64,000 nucleotides of DNA from Alkalispirochaeta sp. (GTDB lineage Bacteria > Spirochaetota > Spirochaetia > DSM-27196 > Alkalispirochaetaceae). The stretch covers positions 1,952,001-2,016,000 of the forward strand of contig OZ271854.1 of the NCBI GenBank assembly GCA_965601925.1. The letters are read 5' to 3'. The position numbers and the translations under genes are program-made. The notes under the pieces were generated by a model. The model saw nothing but the letters and a program-made list of their open reading frames with translations, made no database searches and was not told the DNA's origin. Shown in pieces: positions 37,837-49,219 of the stretch; positions within the stretch are counted from its first letter, which is position 1, and every line of letters starts with the position of its first letter.

Positions 37837-39532
37837 ATCCGTCGATCTCGGTACGTAGACGATTCGCGACGTCGATCGAGTCGTCTTCGCCGAGAATCAG
37901 TCGATACGTCGCCGTCCAAAACGCAGCGTGAAAAACTGCATCGTGCGGTGAACGGATAAGGCCGAAGGGGTACCACACGAGATGCGCGCCCTCCTTCCCC
38001 CGGTGTACGGCGAAGCAGAACGGTACGACGGCCTCGCCGCGCGGATCGATCGCCGCGACGGTCAACGGGCCGCGTTCGGTCTCCAGACGCACCGCCGACC
38101 CCACGGCCGCCTCCTCGCTCGGTCCGACGGCTCCTCTCGTGCGCCGCGCATCGTCCCGGCGCATCCCGAGCTGAAACGGCGTGGTTGCACCTTTGGGGTC
38201 GAGGAGCGACGCCTCTACGGCGCGTTCTTCTTTAAGCGTGACAAGCGGTACCTCCAAAAGGCCGAGGCGATACAAGTCGTCGGGCGGCGAGTCCAGACGA
38301 GTGACGGCGAAGTTGAGTATGAGGCCCGGTGACGCGTCGACGACGAACGCGGTCGACTCGAGATGAAATACGCCGTCCAGTACCGCCGTTTCTCGCACTC
38401 CCCGAATAGAGCGGGCGGTAAACCACGCGGCGGTCTCCGTTTCGAGATAACGTGTGCGATAGCGCACCGGGCCGCGTCGTTGCGCATGATACTGGACGAA
38501 GCCTTGAGCGCGCCGGAGCGGAACGACGCGATCTCCCTTTTTGCTCAAGCCGCAAAAACGTCCGGCGGCGAAGTGAACGGTGGTCTCCTCGTCGTCCAAA
38601 GAGAGCTTCCCCGTGATGCCCCCCTGCACGTCGCGGCCCTGAAAGCGATCTTCGCGCGGGAGCGAGCTTGCCATGGCCTCGTTCGAGGTCGCTCGCGGCT
38701 CCCACGGGTCTGCGGCGATAGACAGTATTCGACGCGTACGCTCTCGATGGGATGTCCGGCCGTTACGGACGGATATGAGGCGTGCGATCTCATCGGGCGA
38801 CGTCCACCGTGACGGAGTCGGCCGACCGTCGCCGAAGAGTATTCGCCGCGGCGCCGCGTCGGTTTGGAGGCGCTCCGTCCACGGACCGTCGCCGCCGGCG
38901 GCCGACAGCCGTTTGATCAGCTCGACCGTGGAGGCCTCGGGCATCTGTACCGTCCCGTCGTCATCGCGCGGCAACACAAGGTGCGTCACGTCGAACCCGT
39001 TCGCCGGAACGGATAGATCGGTCGCGGCGGCGGATACAAAGAGCGAACGGAGGCGCCCCCACCGTTCCTTATGGAAAAACCACAGATCGTGGATCTCTCC
39101 CGGTGTGAGCGTTGCGGCGGGAGAGTCGACCCCGTACCCGGCGCATACGGCGCCGCCTTCGGCGAGACGTTCCACCTGACCTCGCGTCGGGGAATGGGGA
39201 AAGTAGCACTCCGGCACAACGCCGAACAGCTGGAGGAAACCGGTGCCTTCGTCGGAGGTGCGGCTCCATGCAAGCTCCCACCGCAGCTCGTCGGAGAGGA
39301 GAAGGTGGGCACGTGCGCCGGACCATCCGCCGCTCCACACCGCGACCGAACCCTCGCGGCAGGCCCGTGAGAAATCGTCTACCGTCGATCGTTGCGCCGC
39401 CGTTTCGGGAGGGGAGAGCGGCGAGGCGCAGTGTACCACCGGCCGAACGGCGGCGTCGGCGAATAGATCTACACACCCCATGAGAACCGCGAGATCGTCG
39501 ATGGAACGACCGCTGCTTGACAATAAGATCAT
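37799..39532 (-). CDS. Hypothetical protein (577 aa), possibly a degenerate glycoside-hydrolase-like fold
   Basis: Long ORF filling the birA-groEL gap; GGWSGA..LL..DELRWEL..LFGVVP weakly resembles GH57/GH38 N-terminal barrels. Confidence 0.6.
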   Translation of the reverse strand: MILLSSSGRSIDDLAVLMGCVDLFADAAVRPVVHCASPLSPPETAAQRSTVDDFSRACREGSVAVWSGGWSGARAHLLLSDELRWELAWSRTSDEGTGFLQLFGVVPECYFPHSPTRGQVERLAEGGAVCAGYGVDSPAATLTPGEIHDLWFFHKERWGRLRSLFVSAAATDLSVPANGFDVTHLVLPRDDDGTVQMPEASTVELIKRLSAAGGDGPWTERLQTDAAPRRILFGDGRPTPSRWTSPDEIARLISVRNGRTSHRERTRRILSIAADPWEPRATSNEAMASSLPREDRFQGRDVQGGITGKLSLDDEETTVHFAAGRFCGLSKKGDRVVPLRRAQGFVQYHAQRRGPVRYRTRYLETETAAWFTARSIRGVRETAVLDGVFHLESTAFVVDASPGLILNFAVTRLDSPPDDLYRLGLLEVPLVTLKEERAVEASLLDPKGATTPFQLGMRRDDARRTRGAVGPSEEAAVGSAVRLETERGPLTVAAIDPRGEAVVPFCFAVHRGKEGAHLVWYPFGLIRSPHDAVFHAAFWTATYRLILGEDDSIDVANRLRTEIDGFRTASVLSEPSR

Positions 39533-39584
39533 AAGACCGTACGTATTATTCCCATATTTCGATCAAAATTAATGCGAAAATCAG

Positions 39585-41328
<1,744 letters not shown>

Positions 41329-41365
41329 TCGCCCACCCCGACACCATTGTTTGGTGATATAATAG

Positions 41366-41393
41366 AACGGCGGGATTCGTCCCGCCGTTTTTT
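41366..41393 (+). terminator. Intrinsic terminator after groEL
   Basis: AACGGCGGGA-ttcg-TCCCGCCGTT followed by a T tract. Confidence 0.88.
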
Positions 41394-41419
41394 GTCTCTT
41401 TCGAGTGGGGAAGATTGCA

Positions 41420-41707
41420 ATGAAACGTGAAGATTTCGTCTGTGCCGTCGGATTCGACGGCAACTGTGCGATTGTCGACGGCTCGGCGCGGCGACGCTAC
41501 GGAGCGCTTAAGGTCGCGGAGTTACTCGACAAAGGGCTATACCGATACGCGTTTCGGGCCGCTCTGTATGACGGATCCCTCGAAGACTATCTTCCTCGAT
41601 TTGTTGAGGCCAGCGGGATCGAGATATCCTCGATTGAAGCGCTCAAGCGCCTCTTCGGCGTATTCGAGGCGCCGGACGACTCGATCAGTACGCGCGCGAT
41701 CTCGTAG
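41420..41707 (+). CDS. Hypothetical protein (95 aa)
   Basis: MKREDFVCAVGFDGNCAIVDG...; GGGG SD-like run upstream and host-like codon usage. Confidence 0.7.
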   Translation: MKREDFVCAVGFDGNCAIVDGSARRRYGALKVAELLDKGLYRYAFRAALYDGSLEDYLPRFVEASGIEISSIEALKRLFGVFEAPDDSISTRAIS

Positions 41708-41897
41708 GTCCCGACCTCGGTAGCGCGTCCGACGCCGGCGCGCGCCTCGCGACGACCTCTTTCGCGACGGTTTACGGCGTCGGTGCTCCCGGCCGTATCG
41801 ACGCGCGATTCTGTACGACGGTCGGTTCAACTTGACCGAGCACCGACGGCGTGTTACGGTACTCAGAAATTTTCGCATTGTATAAGGACGAAACAAA

Positions 41898-42287
41898 ATG
41901 AATATGATGTTCAACGTGCCTCTTCTCGCCGGTGCCGCGGAAGGTGCCGGTGCCGGTGGGCCCGCAACCGCAGCGCCTACGACCCTGATAATGTTCGGGC
42001 TCGTATTCGCGATCTTTTACTTTTTGATCATTCGTCCTCAGAATAAGCGTCAGAAAGAGACCAAATCGATGTTGGAAGCTCTCAAAAAGGGCGACCGCGT
42101 GGTCACCATCGGCGGTATTCGAGGTACGATCTTCTCACTCAAAGACGACGCGGTAGTGCTCAAGGTAGACGACAACACGAAGATTCAGTTCTCGCGCAGC
42201 GCCATCGGCTCCGTTCTGGAGAAAAAGCCGAGCGGCAAAGAGAGCGCCGAGACCGCCGAAGAAAACGGCGATTCCGAATCCAAGTAA
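41898..42287 (+). CDS. yajC: Preprotein translocase subunit YajC
   Basis: IFYFLIIRPQNKRQKE, LKKGDRVVTIGGIRG; promoter TTGACC-17-TACGGT at 41832-41860. Confidence 0.95.
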   Translation: MNMMFNVPLLAGAAEGAGAGGPATAAPTTLIMFGLVFAIFYFLIIRPQNKRQKETKSMLEALKKGDRVVTIGGIRGTIFSLKDDAVVLKVDDNTKIQFSRSAIGSVLEKKPSGKESAETAEENGDSESK

Positions 42288-42318
42288 CGATTAATATTCT
42301 CCAATCGGAGTTGCCCGA

Positions 42319-44079
42319 ATGACAAAACGACTACGTCTGTTCATCGTTCTGGTCCTCGTCGCCTTTGGTGTCGCCGCATTTTTGCCGACACTACGTTGGT
42401 ATTTTCTCATACCCGAGGATCAGCAAACACTCGCCCAAAGTTCGAGAACCGAGATTCGAGACTGGGCGGACGATCAAGCTCGCGAGGCGCTGCGCGATCT
42501 GCGCGTCGCCGCCGCCGGGGACGAAGAGGTTCCCGAAGAGTACGCGTTTCTCATTGAGATCGCGCGAGATAACCTCGAGCTGTTGCACGAGTTGAACGTG
42601 CGTGAGGGGGACATCCCCGATACGCTTCGCGCCGCCGATGTGTTGGGAAGTTTTCGCGACGAGGGTGAAGCGGCCGACGCGCTCGAGACGTACTATCGCG
42701 ACGACGCGCTGGCGCTTAAGGATATGCGGGAGCGGATCATTCAGCTCGGTCTGGACCTGTCGGGCGGCATAAGCGTCACCTTGGAGGCCGACCGAGACAG
42801 CCTTGCCGAGCGTCTGGGAACGGCGCCTACGGCCGTACAGGTTTCGGAGGCGATTGAGCTCGCCGTCGGCATCATCCGCAATCGTATCGACCGCTTCGGC
42901 GTGACCGAACCGCAGATTCGCACGAGCGACAACGATCGTATCGTAATCGATATTCCCGGCGACGACGATCGCGAACGAGTCAACTCGTTCCTCCTCGGAC
43001 GGGGAAGTCTCAACTTCCGGATCGTCAACAACGACATCACCGATCGGCTTTTGGAGTATCAGAACTCCTTTCCGTTCCAGAACGGCGGTCGCGAATGGAA
43101 TCCGGAAATCGACGGTGTGCCCGAGTTCGTGCCGGCCGGATCGACGGTATCCGAGTACGTAGTACGGGACGAATACGGTATCGATGCCCCGGTACACTGG
43201 ATCGTCATTTACGACGACATCGATCAGTTCGGGCTGGACGGATCGCATATCAGGGATGCGCAGGTCGCCCGCGATCCTTTGACCAATCGCCCGACGGTAA
43301 ACTTCGTCCTGGACGCCGAAGGCGCGGACCGCTTTGCCGCGCTCACTCGGGATAATACCGGTACCTCCTTGGCGATCGTCATGGACGACAGGGTCCGGGC
43401 GTATGCGCGTATTCAAGAGGAGATTCCGACCGGTCAGGTGCGTATCACCGGCTTCAGCGAGGAGGAGGCGCAGAACATAGCGCTCGTACTCCGAACGGCC
43501 GCCCTGCCCATCGACTTGGATGTCGTCAATCAGCAGGTTGTCGGCGCATCTCTCGGTGAGACGGCAATTCAAGTGGGGTTGCGGTCGATCGCCCTCGGAT
43601 TTGCATTGATCATCCTATTCATGGCGGTGTACTACAAGGGCGCCGGCATCGTGGCGGATGTCGCGCTCATACTTAATCTGTTCTTCATCGTGTCGATCCT
43701 ATCGGCGTTCAATCTGACGCTGACACTGACCAGTATCGCCGGTATCATTCTCACGGTCGGTATGGCGGTCGACGCCAACGTAATCATTTTTGAGCGCATA
43801 AAAGAGGAGTACCGCCTCGGGAAGGGCGCCCGCGCTTCGGTAAAGGCGGGATTCCAGAAGGCGTTTTGGACGATCATGGATGCCAACATTACGACGTTTA
43901 TCGCCGCCATCTTTCTCTCTCAGTTGGGGACCGGTCCGATCCAAGGATTCGCCGTGACCCTCGCCGTCGGTATCGTCTCGTCGATGTTTACCGCTTTGGT
44001 GGTGACGCGGTTGTTCTTTGACTTCAGCACCGATGCGTTGAAACGCACCAAGCTGAGCATCATGTGGAGGAGTGCATGA
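42319..44079 (+). CDS. secD: Protein translocase subunit SecD
   Basis: LGLDLSGG, RIDRFGVTEP, GMAVDANVIIFERI. Confidence 0.96.
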   Translation: MTKRLRLFIVLVLVAFGVAAFLPTLRWYFLIPEDQQTLAQSSRTEIRDWADDQAREALRDLRVAAAGDEEVPEEYAFLIEIARDNLELLHELNVREGDIPDTLRAADVLGSFRDEGEAADALETYYRDDALALKDMRERIIQLGLDLSGGISVTLEADRDSLAERLGTAPTAVQVSEAIELAVGIIRNRIDRFGVTEPQIRTSDNDRIVIDIPGDDDRERVNSFLLGRGSLNFRIVNNDITDRLLEYQNSFPFQNGGREWNPEIDGVPEFVPAGSTVSEYVVRDEYGIDAPVHWIVIYDDIDQFGLDGSHIRDAQVARDPLTNRPTVNFVLDAEGADRFAALTRDNTGTSLAIVMDDRVRAYARIQEEIPTGQVRITGFSEEEAQNIALVLRTAALPIDLDVVNQQVVGASLGETAIQVGLRSIALGFALIILFMAVYYKGAGIVADVALILNLFFIVSILSAFNLTLTLTSIAGIILTVGMAVDANVIIFERIKEEYRLGKGARASVKAGFQKAFWTIMDANITTFIAAIFLSQLGTGPIQGFAVTLAVGIVSSMFTALVVTRLFFDFSTDALKRTKLSIMWRSA

Positions 44080-45158
44080 AACGCGTATTCGATTTCATGA
44101 AGACTCGCACGTTGATGTTCGTCGTTTCCGCCGTCGTAATTGTCGGCGGTATCGTCGGCACAGTCGTCCAGGGCGGATTTAACCTGGGTATCGATTTCCA
44201 GCCGGGCCTCAACCTTACCGTAGAGGTCGACGCGCGCGAGGATCTCGATATCGAGGCGATTCGTTCGGCGCTCGTAGACTACGAAGGTGCGCAGATCCAG
44301 CGTCTGGGCGATGCCGCCGCCGACCGATTCGTCATTCGTATTCGCGACGACGGCTCGATCGACGACTTCGCCGTTACGATATCTCGGACGGTGCTCGATG
44401 ATTTGCGGAGCGAGTTCGACGGTGCGACCGTTACCGAACTCGAAAATGCCTATGTAGGGCCGCGTTTTTCCCGCGATCTGACGCAGCAGGCGGTGTTCCT
44501 CACCGTATTCGCCCTCGTGTTGATTTTGGCGTATCTGTGGTTTCGGTTTCGGTTCGGGTATGCCGTGGCGTCGATCTCCGCCCTCGTGCACGATGTTTTG
44601 GTAATCCTCGGCGTGATCGGGACCTTTCAACTCGAGGTATCCATCGCGACGATCGCCGCAGTCCTTACGATCATCGGGTACTCGCTCAACGATACGATCG
44701 TCATTTTCGATCGCATCCGCGAGAACGAGACGCTTATCCGCGAGAATCCGTTCCGATCGATCGTTAATATCAGTATCTCGCAGAGTCTCAGTAGGACGCT
44801 CATCACATCGCTCACGACGTTGCTCGCCGTGCTGGCGATTTTCATCTTCAGCACCGGACAGATTCAGTTGTTCGCCTTGAAGTTAATGATCGGTGTCGTA
44901 GTGGGTACCTATTCCTCGGTCTTCGTCGCATCTCCCGTACTCATGGCGTGGAGCGCCTCGGAGACGACGCGGCGTAAGCGCAAAGATATGGAGAAGTTTC
45001 ACAAGGGCGCCGTCGCGCGTCCGTCGGGAAACGGCTCCGAGAGCGCTTCGCCTCAGGAAGAGGTTGCGCAGGCGACTACCGGTATCGCCGAGGTCGAAGC
45101 GGCGAAGCGCGAAGTCGTTATGCAGCGAAGCAAAAAGAAGAACCGAAAGTCGCGTTAG
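44076..45158 (+). CDS. secF: Protein translocase subunit SecF
   Basis: GIDF, VGP, GYSLNDTIVIFDRIRE, RTLITS, GTYSS; ATGA overlap with secD. Confidence 0.96.
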   Translation: MKRVFDFMKTRTLMFVVSAVVIVGGIVGTVVQGGFNLGIDFQPGLNLTVEVDAREDLDIEAIRSALVDYEGAQIQRLGDAAADRFVIRIRDDGSIDDFAVTISRTVLDDLRSEFDGATVTELENAYVGPRFSRDLTQQAVFLTVFALVLILAYLWFRFRFGYAVASISALVHDVLVILGVIGTFQLEVSIATIAAVLTIIGYSLNDTIVIFDRIRENETLIRENPFRSIVNISISQSLSRTLITSLTTLLAVLAIFIFSTGQIQLFALKLMIGVVVGTYSSVFVASPVLMAWSASETTRRKRKDMEKFHKGAVARPSGNGSESASPQEEVAQATTGIAEVEAAKREVVMQRSKKKNRKSR

Positions 45159-45168
45159 AGACTATGCG

Positions 45169-45199
45169 AAAGGCCGCCGACATCCGGCGGCCTTTTTTT
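45169..45199 (+). terminator. Intrinsic terminator after secF
   Basis: AAAGGCCGCCG-acatc-CGGCGGCCTTT followed by a T tract. Confidence 0.85.
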
Positions 45200-45221
45200 A
45201 TGAACCATGGGAGTGTGCGAT

Positions 45222-46061
45222 ATGGCGATGAAGGAGCGGTTGGTCCATCCTCAGGCGGGAGATTTGCGGGAGCGCCTGTCACATCTCAAGGGTGTTATCT
45301 CGGACATGGACGGTGTCATCTATCACGGAAATCGACTGTTACCCGGCGTGCGGGAGTTCGTCCAATGGTTGATCGATAGCGATAAGGCGTTTCTGTTTCT
45401 TACCAACTCCAGCGAGCGCAGCAGACGCGAACTTCAGGAAAAGCTCCGCCGCCTCGGCGTCGACGTACCGTTGGAGAATTTCTATACGAGCGCGCTCGCG
45501 ACCGCCGGGTTTCTCGCCGCCCAAAGACCGGGCGGTAGCGCCTATGTGGTGGGGGAAGCGGGGTTAATCAACGCCCTGTACGACGTCGGTTTTTCCATGA
45601 ATGATATCGACCCGGATTACGTGGTGATCGGGGAGACGCGAAGCTACAGCTTCGAGAAGATCGAGAAAGCGGTCAATCTGGTGCGCCGCGGCGCCAAGTT
45701 GATCGGCACCAACCCCGACCTTACCGGTCCCGTGGAGTCCGGAGTCATCCCGGCGTGCGGAGCACTAATTCGTCCCATCGAGTTGGCGACCGGTGTCGAG
45801 CCGTATTTCGTCGGCAAGCCCAATCCGCTCATGATGCGACAGGCGTTGAGGCGTATCGAGTGCCGCCGTGAGGAGACGCTCATCATCGGTGACCGTATGG
45901 ATACCGACATCATCGCCGGGTTGGAGTCGGAGATTACGACGCTTTTGGTCCTCTCCGGCGTGACCGACGAGGAAGAGATGGAGCGGTTCGCCTACCGACC
46001 GCACTTCGTCCTCGAGAACGTTTCGCGCATACCGGCACTGGCCGCCGGCGAGGCGACGTGA
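45222..46061 (+). CDS. HAD-IIA hydrolase (NagD-like)
   Basis: DMDGV, LTNSS, TNPD, GKPNP, GDRMDTDI. Confidence 0.92.
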   Translation: MAMKERLVHPQAGDLRERLSHLKGVISDMDGVIYHGNRLLPGVREFVQWLIDSDKAFLFLTNSSERSRRELQEKLRRLGVDVPLENFYTSALATAGFLAAQRPGGSAYVVGEAGLINALYDVGFSMNDIDPDYVVIGETRSYSFEKIEKAVNLVRRGAKLIGTNPDLTGPVESGVIPACGALIRPIELATGVEPYFVGKPNPLMMRQALRRIECRREETLIIGDRMDTDIIAGLESEITTLLVLSGVTDEEEMERFAYRPHFVLENVSRIPALAAGEAT

Positions 46062-46897
46062 GTACGGCGACGGGAACGGTAGAGGCGGGCGGCATTTTTT
46101 GGCGATGGATCGCCGACGGGGCGACCGGTCGCGCGCCCCGTAGTCCTCTCGTCGTTCTGCACGGTCTGTTCGGCTCAGGTGACAATTGGCGCTCGCAAGC
46201 GCAGTCCTTTGCCGAGGGGCGGATCGTGTTGGTGCCCGATATGCCGAATCACGGTCTGTCGCGCCATACCGATCGCGCGACCTACTCCGAGGTTGCCGAC
46301 ATGGTGTGGAACGCCCTCGAATCGCCGGAGCTCGTAGCGGCGCTTCCCGACGGCCCGACCGAACGCTTTACGTTACTCGGCCACTCCATGGGCGGCAAGG
46401 CGGCCATGGCGATGGCGTTTACGAGACCCCATGCGGTGGAGCGACTGATAGTCGCGGATATTGCGCCGCGCCGCTACGATCCGACTCATGAAGACATTTT
46501 TCGCGCCATGGCGGCGGTAGCCGCCGATGAGGTTACCGGTCGCGGGGACGCCGATCGGATCATGAAGCCTTTTGTTCCCGAGAAGGCGGTGCGAATGTTT
46601 CTCCTCAAGAGTTTCGTGCCCGACGGGAATGGACGATATCGGTGGCGGCTTAACGTATCGGGACTCCGGCGTGGGTACGCCGATATCATCGATTGGCCGT
46701 ACGTCGATGAGCGCTACGACGGACCGGTGCGCTTCATCGCCGGTGGACGGTCCCACTACATCGAGCCCGCCGACGTGGAGGCGATTGAGCGACACTTTCC
46801 CGATAACGAGATCGAAACCATCGCCGAGGCGGGTCATTGGTTGCATGCCGAGGTGCGAGACGTCTTCATCGGAATAGTTCGCAGGTACATTTCGTAG
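46058..46897 (+). CDS. Alpha/beta hydrolase, YbfF/ABHD11-like esterase
   Basis: LHGLFGS.DNW, GHSMGGK, DIAP, GHWLHAE. Confidence 0.9.
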   Translation: MSTATGTVEAGGIFWRWIADGATGRAPRSPLVVLHGLFGSGDNWRSQAQSFAEGRIVLVPDMPNHGLSRHTDRATYSEVADMVWNALESPELVAALPDGPTERFTLLGHSMGGKAAMAMAFTRPHAVERLIVADIAPRRYDPTHEDIFRAMAAVAADEVTGRGDADRIMKPFVPEKAVRMFLLKSFVPDGNGRYRWRLNVSGLRRGYADIIDWPYVDERYDGPVRFIAGGRSHYIEPADVEAIERHFPDNEIETIAEAGHWLHAEVRDVFIGIVRRYIS

Positions 46898-46912
46898 TAT
46901 ACTTCCGTCGTA

Positions 46913-49066
46913 GTGGAACAATCGATGATTCGGGTTTCCCCGGGAAAGCCGTATCCGCTTGGCGCTACCCCGACACCCGGCCGTGTGCACTTCGGTTTGG
47001 TTAGTCGGAACGCAACGCGGGTGTGGTTACAAATTTATGACGAACCCGAGGCCGCCTTTCCCGTGCACGAGTTTGAGCTCTCGCCCGATCGATATCGCAC
47101 CGGTGACGTGTGGCATATCGAGGTCGAGGGGATCGGACCGGGCGCTCTCTATATGTTCCGGGTCGACGGACCGTTTGCTCCCGAAAAGGGTTTACGGTTC
47201 AATGCCGATCGGCCGTTGCTGGATCCATATGCGAAGGCGTTAACCGGCAACTTTCGCTGGGATCTCGTGAATGCTTTGGCATACAACCGCGAGGCGCCCG
47301 AGCGCGATCTCAGCCTACGGACCGTCGAGGGCGCCGCCGGAATGCCCAAATGTATCGTGGTGGACGACGCCTTCGACTGGCAGGGCGACCGTCCGCTCAA
47401 CTACCCTCTTCGCAAGAGCGTGATCTACGAGGCGCACGTTCGTGGTCTGTCGCGCCACCGAAGTGCCGAGGTCGAACATCCGGGTACGTATCGCGGCGTC
47501 ATCGAGATGATACCGTACCTCAAGGAGCTCGGTATCACCAGCATTGAGTTTCTCCCCGTTCAGGAGTTCGACGAGTTCGAGTACGAGCGGATTAGCCCGT
47601 CCACCGGCGAGCGAGTGGAGAACTACTGGGGATACAGCACTATCGCCTTTTTCGCCCCCAAGGCAAGTTATGCCGCCGACGGCGGGCTTGGGGAGCAAGT
47701 CGTCGAGTTCAAGGAGATGGTACGCGAACTCCACCGGGCCGGTATTGAGGTGATCCTGGACGTGGTGTTCAACCACAGCGGTGAAGGTAACGAGCTGGGC
47801 CCGACCCTCAGCTTTCGAGGGATCGACAATACCACCTACTACATGCTGGACGACAATCCGCGCTACTACAGGAACTTCTCCGGGACCGGCAATACGATGA
47901 ACTGTAACAACGCGGTCATGCGTACCTTGATTACCGAGTGTCTGCACTATTGGGTCGTGGATATGCATGTCGACGGGTTCCGGTTCGACTTGGGAAGTAT
48001 TCTCGGGCGCGACGAGCGCGGAAATCTCCTGGACAACCCACCGATTCTGGAACGTATCGCACAGGATCCGATCTTACGCGATACGAAGATTATCGCGGAG
48101 GCGTGGGACGCCGGTGGAGCTTATCAAGTCGGCGAGTTTCCTGATCGGTGGGCGGAATGGAACGATCGTTTCCGTGACGATGTGAGACGTTTTTGGCGCG
48201 GCGACCGCAACACGGTGGGGTCTCTCGCCACCCGGTTTGCCGGGAGCTCCGATCTGTACCACGCCGGAGGACGCAAACCGTTTCACAGCATCAACTTCAT
48301 CACCTCTCACGACGGATTTACCCTGCGCGATTTGGTGAGCTACAACCGCAAGCACAACGAGGCCAACGGAGAGGGGAACCGGGACGGACACAACTCCAAC
48401 TTCAGTTTCAACTACGGAGCGGAGGGAGAGACGGACGATCCCGATGTTCGGAACGCGCGCGTCAGACAGATGAAGAACTTTCTCGCTACGCTCCTTCTGT
48501 CACTCGGCACACCGATGCTCCTTGCCGGCGACGAGTTCGCCCGCACGCAGGGCGGCAACAATAATGCGTACTGCCAGAACAACGAAACCAGTTGGAACGA
48601 CTATGACCTCGGCGTGGAGTACTCGGAGATATTCCGTTTTACCAGAATGCTCATCTCTCTCAGGAAGGACCATCCGATTTTCACGCGTCCGGAGTTCTAC
48701 ACCGGTCGCGACAATAACCGCAACCGTCGGCCCGACATTCAGTGGTTTGACGCCGACGGGAGTCTGTTCGATTGGAACTCCGAGAGTTACACCCTTGCGG
48801 TCTATATCGACGGCACCGAAGTGAAGAGGCGAGACGGACGCAGCGACGACGACTTTTTCATCATGTTTAACGCCGCGAAGGAGAAGCGTTCCTTCGTTGT
48901 GCCGACGTTGCCGGCCGGTGCTACATGGGTTAAGACGGTCGATACCGCCTCCGAAACACCGCACGATTTTCGTGAGCCCGGGTGGGAGATCGACTTACAA
49001 CGGCCCGATACGATTTCGTTGGCGGCGCGCTCCCTGGTCGTCTTACATACCCGCCGTCCTTCCTAA
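46913..49066 (+). CDS. glgX: Glycogen debranching enzyme (GH13 isoamylase)
   Basis: PYPLGA, NYWGY, DVVFNH, DGFRFDL, IAEAWD, HDGFTL. Confidence 0.95.
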   Translation: MEQSMIRVSPGKPYPLGATPTPGRVHFGLVSRNATRVWLQIYDEPEAAFPVHEFELSPDRYRTGDVWHIEVEGIGPGALYMFRVDGPFAPEKGLRFNADRPLLDPYAKALTGNFRWDLVNALAYNREAPERDLSLRTVEGAAGMPKCIVVDDAFDWQGDRPLNYPLRKSVIYEAHVRGLSRHRSAEVEHPGTYRGVIEMIPYLKELGITSIEFLPVQEFDEFEYERISPSTGERVENYWGYSTIAFFAPKASYAADGGLGEQVVEFKEMVRELHRAGIEVILDVVFNHSGEGNELGPTLSFRGIDNTTYYMLDDNPRYYRNFSGTGNTMNCNNAVMRTLITECLHYWVVDMHVDGFRFDLGSILGRDERGNLLDNPPILERIAQDPILRDTKIIAEAWDAGGAYQVGEFPDRWAEWNDRFRDDVRRFWRGDRNTVGSLATRFAGSSDLYHAGGRKPFHSINFITSHDGFTLRDLVSYNRKHNEANGEGNRDGHNSNFSFNYGAEGETDDPDVRNARVRQMKNFLATLLLSLGTPMLLAGDEFARTQGGNNNAYCQNNETSWNDYDLGVEYSEIFRFTRMLISLRKDHPIFTRPEFYTGRDNNRNRRPDIQWFDADGSLFDWNSESYTLAVYIDGTEVKRRDGRSDDDFFIMFNAAKEKRSFVVPTLPAGATWVKTVDTASETPHDFREPGWEIDLQRPDTISLAARSLVVLHTRRPS

Positions 49067-49219
49067 GTACGTGCGCCGCACGTAGCGTGCGCACGCCACT
49101 CTTCGCTCGCTTGACATCTGCTGCGGACAATGGTACCCCTACCAGATCCGTCATCCGTTTGTACCCCTTTGCGTCCGCTTCGACGGTGCCGATCGGTGGC
49201 GTTTTTTGGAGGTATCCCG

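Noticed and set aside
49140..49219. thrS leader considered as a T-box or anticodon-mimic operator
   Set aside because: Too short for a T-box and lacks the antiterminator consensus; CGT triplets are present but not in convincing stem-loops.
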